NCBI GenBank assembly: GCA_963742585.1 | Contig: CAVUMI010000005.1 | Span: forward strand, 52,908 to 116,907 | Length of the DNA stretch: 64,000 nt | From: an uncultured Actinomycetes bacterium | GTDB lineage: Bacteria > Actinomycetota > Acidimicrobiia > Acidimicrobiales > JACDEA01 | Direction of reading: 5' to 3' | Shown: positions 18,780 to 26,123 of the stretch, in pieces | Position numbering within the stretch: the first letter of the stretch is position 1 | Layout of the letters: each line of letters opens with the position of its first letter | The notes under the pieces: model-generated | What the model saw: the letters and a program-made list of their open reading frames with translations, nothing else | What the model was told of the DNA's origin: nothing | Databases searched by the model: none | Position numbers and translations under genes: made by a program

Positions 18780-18799
18780 TGTCAAACAACTTGTCAAAC
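18780..18799. promoter_or_regulatory. Direct repeat TGTCAAAC x2 (12-bp period) upstream of the SARP gene
   Basis: Copies at 18780..18787 and 18792..18799, about 50-70 bp upstream of ATG 18731 on the minus strand. Confidence 0.3.
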
Positions 18800-18845
18800 G
18801 AACGGCCGCGTCACCCGACATCACGACGGCGAACCACCCACCACC

Positions 18846-18899
18846 GTGCGTGTCGGGCTCATCACCCGAAGGGCGTGGGTTCGAATCCCACCCCCGCCA
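18846..18899 (+). pseudogene. 3' fragment of a tRNA-Met(CAU), initiator-like (anticodon arm, T arm, acceptor 3' strand only)
   Basis: GTCGGGCTCATCACCCGAAGGGCGTGGGTTCGAATCCCACCCCCGCCA matches the 3' two-thirds of bacterial tRNA-fMet, including the GGG/CCC anticodon stem. There is no D arm, only 4 of 7 acceptor pairs can form, and position 37 is C. Confidence 0.65.
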
Positions 18900-18981
18900 C
18901 TTGTGATGTCTCAAGAATGCCAAAGCCCCTATTGCATGCTTACCGTGAAAGCATGTAACGTGCTCGAATGAGAGCAGGCGC

Positions 18982-19269
18982 TTGATTGCCTCCTTTGGCG
19001 ACCGGGCGACCGAGGCGTTGTTTCACGGACGCGGCGCCGCGACACCTCATCTGCCGAGCGACATCCGAAGGGTGGCCGCCCGGAAGTTGGACGTCATCAA
19101 TGCCGCCAAGGAATTGGGTGACCTGAGAGCACCGCCGGGCAATCGCCTGGAGGCGTTGAGAGGAGATCGAAGAGGCATGCACAGCATTCGCGTGAACGAC
19201 CAGTGGCGCATCGTCTTTACTTGGCGCGATGGCGACGCCCACGACGTGTCGATCGTGGACTATCACTGA
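18982..19269 (+). CDS. higB: HigB-family (RelE/ParE superfamily) toxin
   Basis: MIASFGDRATEALFHG...LRAPPGNRLEALRGDRRGMHSIRVNDQWRIVFTWRDGDAHDVSIVDYH is a canonical HigB ('plasmid maintenance system killer') pattern. TTG start. Confidence 0.85.
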   Translation: MIASFGDRATEALFHGRGAATPHLPSDIRRVAARKLDVINAAKELGDLRAPPGNRLEALRGDRRGMHSIRVNDQWRIVFTWRDGDAHDVSIVDYH

Positions 19270-19280
19270 GGCGAGGACAC

Positions 19281-19568
19281 ATGCTGCCGACCAATCGGAT
19301 CCCGACTCACCCCGGAGAGGTCTTGGCCGAGGAGTTCCTCAAGCCACTCGGCCTAACCCAGGTCGCGCTGGCGGCGCACCTAGATGTGCCGGTTCAGCGG
19401 ATCAATGAGCTCGTCAGAGGCAAGCGCGGCGTCACCCCCGAGACCGCATGGCTCCTGGCCGGTGCCTTCGGGACCACCCCGGACTTTTGGGTGAACCTTC
19501 AGACGGCGCACGACCTTGCCGCCAGCCGGCCGAAGAAGCAGGTGCGCCAGCTGGCCCAAACTGGGTGA
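19281..19568 (+). CDS. higA: HigA-family antitoxin (XRE HTH)
   Basis: HPGEVLAEEFLKPLGLTQVALAAHLDVPVQRINELVRGKRGVTPETAWLLAGAFGTTPDFWVNLQ. It sits downstream of higB, as in HigBA modules. Confidence 0.85.
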   Translation: MLPTNRIPTHPGEVLAEEFLKPLGLTQVALAAHLDVPVQRINELVRGKRGVTPETAWLLAGAFGTTPDFWVNLQTAHDLAASRPKKQVRQLAQTG

Positions 19569-19579
19569 CGGCAAACTCG

Positions 19580-20017
19580 TCAAACAACTGGAAGCGACCT
19601 CGGCGCGGCGTTGAGGTGTTCCGCCACCACCCCGTCGTGAAGTCGGCGGTCCCACACCGCGACAAGAAGGCTTGGCGACTTGATGGCGAGAGCGCTTGCG
19701 AGATGGACGGCATCGCCGCCGCGTAAGCCTCGACGCTTCGCGAGCTCTCCAGCACGCTTTTCGACGTCGGCTGACAGCTCGACTGGGCGCGTTGCCGCCC
19801 AAAACTCTTCCCAGTCTCGGGCAGCTAGAGCGAAGTCCCGGTCGTCGAGGTCCTGGTTCCGGTGAGCCGCTGCGAGGGCAGCGCACACCTCGGGATAGGC
19901 GAGGCGGCTGGAGAGAGCGGCGTCGCATCCGTCCCAGAGCGCGGATGCGATGTCGCTGCCTTCCTCCTCGACGACGAGCTTCACTAGGGCGCTCGAGTCG
20001 AAGTACACGATGGCCAT
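19580..20017 (-). CDS. vapC: PIN-domain toxin (VapC-like)
   Basis: MAIVYFDSSALVKLVVEE...GGDAVHLASALAI... carries the PIN acidic residues. It follows an antitoxin gene with a 3-bp gap. Confidence 0.85.
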   Translation of the reverse strand: MAIVYFDSSALVKLVVEEEGSDIASALWDGCDAALSSRLAYPEVCAALAAAHRNQDLDDRDFALAARDWEEFWAATRPVELSADVEKRAGELAKRRGLRGGDAVHLASALAIKSPSLLVAVWDRRLHDGVVAEHLNAAPRSLPVV

Positions 20018-20020
20018 GGC

Positions 20021-20284
20021 CTACCGGCGTTGGTCGCTCACGATGTCGGCCACCGGTCGGCGCGGGCGCGGGCGTCGACGAGCCGTCGCCGAGGGACGCC
20101 TTCGACGCGGCGGTCCGGCGATCACTCCTTGCTGGACTAGCTCCTCCAGCCTCGTCGTGGTCGTGAGGCCGAGGATCCGTGCCACCGGCACGCCGCGGTC
20201 GGTGATCACAACTTCGTCTCCGGCCCGCACTCGCTCAAGCCATCGGCTGAGATTCGCTCGCAGTTCGCTGACGGCAACGTCCAT
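20021..20284 (-). CDS. Phd/YefM-type antitoxin
   Basis: MDVAVSELRANLSRWLERVRAGDEVVITDRGVPVARIL is the Phd/YefM N-terminal signature. 87 aa. Confidence 0.75.
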   Translation of the reverse strand: MDVAVSELRANLSRWLERVRAGDEVVITDRGVPVARILGLTTTTRLEELVQQGVIAGPPRRRRPSATARRRPRPRRPVADIVSDQRR

Positions 20285-20752
20285 GACTAAAGTGTACAAA
20301 ATCCAGGGCACGAATTGTACAGAAGTCGGTGCCCGGCGCTGCCTACTACTCCGCCTGTTGTGACTCCAAGCGTGCGAGCACGTGTACATCGGGTCGGACG
20401 ATCCGAGCGACGGTGAGCTGTTCGACAACCGCTCGCCGAGCTTCACGTTCGTCGATCTCCGTCTGCCCGCGTTGCTCAGACACCCAGACGAGGCCGTCCG
20501 ACGCCCCAGAGCTCCCGGCGCGGATCATCCTCCTCGCGCGCCGTCCGAAGCGCCGGACGAAACGCGGCGTCCGCTTCATCGACTCGGCCACGGAGCCCGT
20601 CGCATCACCCGCGCAATGGCGCGATCACCGTGGACTGGCAGCAGATCTCCGTCGGTCGTCACCAAGAGGGCCGACGCGTCGACGCACATGTCCTGGAGCC
20701 TCTGCTGCTCTCGGCGAACCTGGCGGCGCGGCGAAGCTCGGCGTTTCTGGCC

Positions 20753-21371
20753 TCATCGCGCGTCGCGCCACATGGCGTATAGGGAGGGACCGTCCGGGAG
20801 CGGGATCTCGCGGGTGAAAGAGAAGCCGAGCCGCTCGTAAAGGGCGCGGTTCCGGAGTGACGTCGCTTCGGTGTATGCGGCCTCGCCGTTTTCGTCGGCC
20901 GCAGCGAGCACGTCGCGGAGCAGCGTGGCCCCGATGCCGCGGCTCTGAAGCGGCGGGTCGGTGGCAAGGAACTGCAAGTACCAGTGCGGGTCCTGTGGGT
21001 AGCACCCTCGAACGCCTCGACGATCTGCTGAAGGCGCTGCGCGGCGCCGTCGTCGATCACTTCGAGACAGCGGGCCACCATTGCTTCCTCGTCATCAGGT
21101 TGCATGAGCGGTGCGCCTGGTCGGGCCCAGATGGCGACACGGCGGCGGCGGCGGCGGTGCTGGCGACGCGGGTCGCGTCGTGCGGAGCGTAGGCGTCGAT
21201 ATACGCGTCGAATACCGCAGGCAGGGCCGTGGCGCGAGCGACGGGGTTCGGGATCCACCATTCGAACACGGGATCGTTCTGGAACGCGGCGCTGAGGACG
21301 CGGACAGCTTCGGTCCTGGTGGCCTTCGTTACGTCGGTAACAGCGGTCAGGTTGTCGTTGGTGATGGTCAT
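20753..21371 (-). pseudogene. GNAT N-acetyltransferase with two frameshifts
   Basis: There are three consecutive frame segments: MTITNDNLTAV...RVASTAAAAAV, then AIWARPGAPLMQPDDEEAMVARCLEV...VEAFEG, then YPQDPHWYLQFLATDPPLQSRGIGATLL...YERLGF. The first shift lies inside a (GCC)n run near 21135, the second near 20998. Confidence 0.65.
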
Positions 21372-21544
21372 GGCAGTCCTTTCAGTTGCCGAGTCGATAG
21401 ATACGGAAGAAGCCGGCGTCGACGTGGACGATTCGCAATGCGTGAAGCCGCCGGCGGCCCGCGCCGCCATCCGAAGTCGACTCACGAGGGCGCAACAAGT
21501 TCCAGACTGACGACCTCGTCGCGGCGTACCCGGCGAGGGTCCAG

Positions 21545-21880
21545 TCAACTGGCGGAACCGGCTTCGAGCCATGAGCGCAGCCCCGGATCGAGTTGGGCGG
21601 CGGCGGCCTCATAGAGAGCGAGGTCGTTCTCGGTGAGGACGTCGCGCCACCGTCCGTTGGTGCCCTTGTGGAAGAAGCGGCCGGCCCCGCCCTCGAAGAT
21701 GAGCCTCGTCCGCTCATCGTTTCGCATCGCCTCCTGCTTCATGGTGTCGAAGCGGGCAGCCGCCACCAGCTCGGGCCACGTGTCCTCGACCACCTCGATT
21801 CGGGTGAACGCGGCGACGCGACGCATCTGGCCTTCGAGGTCCGCGAGAAGGTCGGCGTAGTGGACCGTTAGCGCATGGCT
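21545..21880 (-). pseudogene. Sulfotransferase, C-terminal fragment only
   Basis: VHYADLLADLEGQMRRVAAFTRIEV...FFHKGTNGRWRDVLTENDLALY matches the C-terminal third of cytosolic-type sulfotransferases. The PAPS-binding N-terminus is absent. Confidence 0.65.
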
Positions 21881-21893
21881 TCTCTCCAGCGTG

Positions 21894-21929
21894 GCCGATT
21901 GGAGCGGTTGAGCCGATTGGAGCGGTTGA
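21894..21929. repeat. Perfect 18-bp tandem duplication (GCCGATTGGAGCGGTTGA x2)
   Basis: Read directly from the sequence. It lies at the truncated 5' boundary of the sulfotransferase fragment. Confidence 0.9.
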
Positions 21930-22007
21930 TATGTAACGCGCGGGCGCAAGGCCGGACTAAATGCCAGTGCGCTGCTCTGAGGCGGCGCCTAATTCGGAGG
22001 GGAACCC

Positions 22008-22643
22008 ATGAAGCTCGGCAATAAGGGTCACGGGCGCGTGCGCACGACCATCCTCATCGGCACCTGCTTGACCGTCGGCGCCATCGGCGGTCCCGGCATC
22101 GCCGGAGCCGCGGAGAAGCTCGCCCAGAACGTGTTCGTCACGAACACCGCCAGCAACCCGATCCCGGTCGCGCCGCAGGGCACCACCCAGATCGCGGGCA
22201 CGGTCACCGTCGCCAACCAGCCTGCGCCGCCGCCTGCGCCGGCCGCACCCATACCGATCCAGATCCGCATCAAGAGCAGTCCCGTCACCCGCGACGCTCC
22301 GACGTCCACCGAGACGCTCTTCACCGTGCCCCAGGGCAAGGTCTTGACGATCGAGTACGCCGAGTTCTACTTCAGCCAGCCCGCCGACGCGTACAACGCG
22401 AACCTCCAAATCAGCTGCGGCATCCAGCAGACGGAGAACATCGAGGAGGTCAGCTACCACCTGCCCCAGGTCGAGGGCGCCAACCTCACGCGGATCTTCG
22501 CCGGCCCGATCAAGATGCTCATCCCGCCGGGCAGGTGCGTGCAATCCCACGTCACGATCATCAACACCGACATCCCCGAAAACGGGACCTACTACGTCAA
22601 CGGCGGGATCACGGGCTACCTGAGCGACCTGCCGGCCTCCTGA
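22008..22643 (+). CDS. Secreted hypothetical protein (orphan)
   Basis: GGAGGGG lies upstream of the ATG. The signal peptide is MKLGNKGHGRVRTTILIGTCLTVGAIGGPGIAGAA, followed by a Pro-rich linker (QPAPPPAPAAP). I recognise no family. Confidence 0.6.
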   Translation: MKLGNKGHGRVRTTILIGTCLTVGAIGGPGIAGAAEKLAQNVFVTNTASNPIPVAPQGTTQIAGTVTVANQPAPPPAPAAPIPIQIRIKSSPVTRDAPTSTETLFTVPQGKVLTIEYAEFYFSQPADAYNANLQISCGIQQTENIEEVSYHLPQVEGANLTRIFAGPIKMLIPPGRCVQSHVTIINTDIPENGTYYVNGGITGYLSDLPAS

Positions 22644-22659
22644 GCACCGCGCAGTCGCC

Positions 22660-22757
22660 GGCCAGTCTTCCGTGAAACCGAGGTGCTGCACAGCGAACCC
22701 GGCTGACGCCGCGACATCAGCGACGTTGAGCGAGATGGCCGAAGCGGTGATCTTCAC
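22660..22757 (-). pseudogene. VOC/glyoxalase-family N-terminal fragment
   Basis: MKITASAISLNVADVAASAGFAVQHLGFTED is a typical VOC first beta-alpha-beta unit. The similarity stops after about 32 residues. Confidence 0.4.
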
Positions 22758-22850
22758 CCTTGTCTCCTTTCAGTCATGAGGGCCTTCGGCCTCACTGCGA
22801 GCCGGCGGCGGCCTTCGATCTATGCTTGTCCAGGTACGAAGGGGGGATAC

Positions 22851-23975
22851 GTGGGCTGGAGACGGTGGGCCGTGGTCCTTGTCGTGGTCGTTGCCGCGTT
22901 CGGCGTCGTCCCGAAGGCGGAGGCCGCTGCAGGCGCGACCGGTTTTGCCCCGAGCATTGCGTGCACGGGCAATCCGGCGGCGCCGTTCATCCAGTCGTTC
23001 ACGGTCGACGGCGAGCGCACGCGTGCCGACGTCGCGTTGCCCGCGACAACGCCGCGTGGGCTGCTGGTGCTGGCTCACGGCTACGGCGGCTGGGCCACGG
23101 CCGCGCCCGGGAACCGCGTCGGCACCACGCTGACGTACATGGCCCGCCGGCTGGGCGTCATCGTCGTCGCACCCGAGTTCCGCGGCACTGTGCCACCAGC
23201 GTCGGGACGCGGGTCGTCCCGTGGGCTGCCAGTGGCCAAGGGTGCGGCCGACCTCATCGCCGTCGCCCAGGCGTACGACGCTGCGTGCCCCGGCTTGCCC
23301 ACCAGAGTGCTTCTCGCCGAGAGCATGGGCGCACTCGTGAGCACGGTCGCGCTCACGAGCGCGCCTCGTCGCCTCGACGGCACACCGCTCTTCGACGCGT
23401 GGATCATCAACAGTGGCGCGCACGACGCGGTCGTCCTCGGTGCTGCCGTCAATGCAGTCGGCGCGACGGGCGTCGACCCGTACTTCGCTGCGATCACCGC
23501 CGACGCCGAGCACGAGGCCGGCGGAACCGTCGCCACCAAGCCCGGGGTATACGCGAGTTGGAGCGCGTACCTGCAGACCGCCGCACTCGCCGCCCGGTCG
23601 GGCCTGCGCCAGGTCGAGGTCGTTCACGCGCTGGGCGACTGGGTCCCCGTCGCGAGCGCGATCGCCACCGCGGTCGGGCTGGCCGGCGGGGGCATGCCGA
23701 CGCGCCTGTCGCTCGAGACCACTGATCAGGGCGCGACGTGCGACCCGTCGATGTTGTTCCCGTTCGCGGGCGACACGCTCCTCTCGCTCACCGGCCTCGT
23801 GCCGCCTGGGGTGATCGCCGGCCACAGTGGCAACTCACCGGGCTGCCGGGCGCTCGACGTGGCCGAGCAGTGGTTCGCCGATCCCCAGCCGCGCTGCGAT
23901 CTCTCGGTCCTCGCCGAGGCGAGGTATACCCGCGGCGATCGTGCCGCGGCCGGCCTCTGCAGCAGGTGGCGCTAG
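22851..23975 (+). CDS. Secreted alpha/beta-hydrolase-like protein (start GTG 22851 or earlier)
   Basis: Has a TM/signal segment WRRWAVVLVVVVAAFGVVPKAEA, then LLVLAHGYGGW and LLAESMG (a GxSxG-like elbow). Confidence 0.55.
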   Translation: MGWRRWAVVLVVVVAAFGVVPKAEAAAGATGFAPSIACTGNPAAPFIQSFTVDGERTRADVALPATTPRGLLVLAHGYGGWATAAPGNRVGTTLTYMARRLGVIVVAPEFRGTVPPASGRGSSRGLPVAKGAADLIAVAQAYDAACPGLPTRVLLAESMGALVSTVALTSAPRRLDGTPLFDAWIINSGAHDAVVLGAAVNAVGATGVDPYFAAITADAEHEAGGTVATKPGVYASWSAYLQTAALAARSGLRQVEVVHALGDWVPVASAIATAVGLAGGGMPTRLSLETTDQGATCDPSMLFPFAGDTLLSLTGLVPPGVIAGHSGNSPGCRALDVAEQWFADPQPRCDLSVLAEARYTRGDRAAAGLCSRWR

Positions 23976-24060
23976 CTGGCTCGTGTGTCAGGAGTACGGT
24001 GGCAGTACGTCCAAAACGTGAACGCGCATCCCCCGTACACGGGCGAGATCGGGGGCTTCT

Positions 24061-24200
24061 GTGAAGCCCAAGCACCCGCCGCCGTGGTTCGTGCACACGG
24101 CCTGGCGCATTCATCGCGCGCTGTACCGGCTCAGTGGCGGTCGATTCCTGTGGACCACGTCGAACACGCGCGGCTGGGGCGCGCTGCGCCTCACCACGCC
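24061..24200 (+). pseudogene. Possible N-terminal fragment of an F420-dependent DDN-like (PF04075-type) reductase
   Basis: PPWFVHTAWRIHRALYRLSGGRFLWTTSNTRGWGALRLTT resembles the N-terminus of deazaflavin-dependent nitroreductase-family proteins. The similarity then ends. Confidence 0.3.
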
Positions 24201-24206
24201 GAGGCC

Positions 24207-25013
24207 ATGGCCCGCGACGAGGAGATCATCGTGTGGTGGGCCAGCAATGAGTCCTTCAACGGTTTCCTGCGCGGCCTGAAGTACTGGCGCTACGAAAACG
24301 ACCCAGACTTCGGCGACGGCTCGGCCGCCCGCATCCACTCACGCCGCCAGCTGTTCGCCAAGAAGCGCATCAACGGGATGCTGGCCGGCCACTTCGATCT
24401 GGACCCCCTCGGCGGGGAGATCTGGCTGGGCGAGCTGCTGCGCGTCGAGCACCAGCTCTTCGAGGCCGACTGGGCCGAGGCCCGAGACCGTCTGGGTGAG
24501 GACCCGACGGTCAGCGACCTGGCTCGCACCGCGGCCCAGCGCCGGGCCGACGCCATGGTCGAGATGGCCAAGCGATCGGCGGCGATGCCCGCCGATGCGC
24601 AGAAGCCGGCACCGCTGTTCAGCGTGTTCGTCGGGTGGGAGACATTCCACGGCATGTTGTGCCGCCTGGGCCGGGGCGACGCGGTCGAGCCGGGGGCGCT
24701 TGCCCCGTGGCTGGAGGAGGCCTGGATCGAACGCGTCGTCTTCGACGGGCCGTGGCGCGTCATCGACGTCGGCGCCCAGCGCCGGTTCTTTACCGGTGCC
24801 ACCCGTCGCGCCGTCGAGCTGCGCGACCAGGAGTGCTTCCACGACTTCTGCGAGGTGCCCGCCGTCGACGCCCAGATCGATCACATCGTGCCGGCGGCCT
24901 TCGGCGGCCCCACGATCCAGGAGAACGGCCGGGTGGCGTGCGGCCCCCACAACCGGGCCCGGCACACAACGAGTGGGCTCAGTGGACGAGGCCCATCTTC
25001 GCGGTCTCCTTGA
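24207..25013 (+). pseudogene. DUF222/HNH endonuclease (13E12-repeat-like), N-terminally truncated copy
   Basis: ...RRADAMVEMAKRS...RFFTGATRRAVELRDQECFHDFCEVPAVDAQIDHIVPAAFGGPTIQENGRVACGPHNR is the HNH module. The DUF222 N-terminal ~150 aa are missing compared with the 45715 copy. Confidence 0.6.
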
Positions 25014-25392
25014 TGAGCGCCAAGAGCGCCTTCTCGTCGAGGTCCGCGAGCTTCTTGAACCGCACGCATGTCTTGCCGATGCTGGCCTTCGGGAGCCGGT
25101 CGACGTACCGCTCGGCGACGTAGCCGTTCGCGTCGGCGGCGAAGCAATACAGCGAGATGTACGAGGCGTTGCTGGCGATCGAGAGCTTGCAGGCGTCGCC
25201 CTCGCGGCCGCTGGCATAGCGGTAACGGAACGGCCCGTAGCCGAGCATGCCGCCCATGATGACCGGCTCGAGCTTCGGCGCGCGCTTACGAATCAGCGCA
25301 TCGAGCGCCGCTATGTCGGGCCGGCGCTTGTCGTCCACCGCGGCGATGTACTCGGCCGCGGTCTTCACGTTCAGCTGTCCCTTCATCTTCAT
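24979..25392 (-). CDS. DUF1801 (YdhG-like) domain protein
   Basis: MKMKGQLNVKTAAEYIAAVDDKRRPDIAALDALIRK...TCVRFKKLADLDEKALLALIKE. Confidence 0.7.
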   Translation of the reverse strand: MKMKGQLNVKTAAEYIAAVDDKRRPDIAALDALIRKRAPKLEPVIMGGMLGYGPFRYRYASGREGDACKLSIASNASYISLYCFAADANGYVAERYVDRLPKASIGKTCVRFKKLADLDEKALLALIKETAKMGLVH

Positions 25393-25416
25393 CGATGAAC
25401 TGTCGCACGACGGGGC

Positions 25417-26064
25417 TCAGGGCGCCGGCAGCAGCTGGTGGACGAGGGAGCCCGTGAGCCACTGTCGATACTTCTCGGAAGGCCAGTTCCGGTCGACGAC
25501 GAGGAGTCGGTACACCTCCGGTGACATGAGCGCGTGGATCAGATCGACCGCGTCGCGTTGCCGCAGCTCCTTCCGGAGTGACTTGCCGCGATCGAGGGCG
25601 CGGGCGATCTGGCTCTGCCCTTGGGCGCGCTGGTGTTGAACCTCCTTGAGGAGCTCCGCCGCGGCGGGCTCGGAGTCGGCGGCGCCTATGAGCACGCGGT
25701 ACACGTCGGTCGTCCGCTGGTTGATCGCGGTCGTCACGCCCGCGAAACCCTCGAGGAGCTTCACCGGGTCACGCTCGGCGAACAGCGACGCGACATCCGG
25801 GCGCTCTTGCACGGCGAGTGGCTGGTCGTCGCCGGCGATCGACGTGTCGAGGAGCGCCTTGAGGATGCCGGGCTTTGAGGTGAACAACCGGTAGACGGTC
25901 GCGGGAGGAACGTCGGCGAGGTTGCTGATGGCCTCGATCGTCGTTCCCGTGTAGCCACGCTCGAGGAACAGGGTTCGAGCGGCAGCGACAACGGCTCGCC
26001 GGGCCAGTCGCGTGCGGGCTTGGCCTCGGCCTTGGCTCGGAAGTTCGCGCTTGACACTCGGCAC
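25417..26064 (-). CDS. TetR/AcrR-family transcriptional regulator
   Basis: ARRAVVAAARTLFLERGYTGTTIEAISNLADVPPATVYRLFTSKPGIL is the HTH. Confidence 0.85.
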   Translation of the reverse strand: MPSVKRELPSQGRGQARTRLARRAVVAAARTLFLERGYTGTTIEAISNLADVPPATVYRLFTSKPGILKALLDTSIAGDDQPLAVQERPDVASLFAERDPVKLLEGFAGVTTAINQRTTDVYRVLIGAADSEPAAAELLKEVQHQRAQGQSQIARALDRGKSLRKELRQRDAVDLIHALMSPEVYRLLVVDRNWPSEKYRQWLTGSLVHQLLPAP

Positions 26065-26123
26065 GTTTTGATAGTAACACTCTCAATTCAAGAGTTCCAC
26101 TACCGAATCAAACGAGGTGAGTT

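Noticed and set aside
18828-18899. A possible intact 72-nt tRNA-Met gene, starting at a GGCG that could be the 5' acceptor strand
   Set aside because: Only 4 of 7 acceptor pairs form (GGCGAAC against CCCCGCC). The D-arm region (CACCCACCACCGTGCG) cannot fold into a D stem-loop. Position 37 is C instead of a purine. I therefore treat it as a 3' fragment, not a functional tRNA.
20346-20750. An 81-aa minus-strand ORF (20346..20591) and PIN-like scraps (…NAELRRAARFAESS… and …DMCVDASALLVTTDGDLLPV…), suggesting a third toxin-antitoxin module
   Set aside because: The similarity is too short and is split across frames. The 81-aa ORF has no recognisable fold or motif. I mention it only as possible debris and do not call it a feature.
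26065-26123. A possible TetR operator in the AT-richer TetR/DUF1059 divergent region (ACTCT-N7-AGAGT)
   Set aside because: The arms are only 5 bp, well within chance expectation. That is not enough to call a site.
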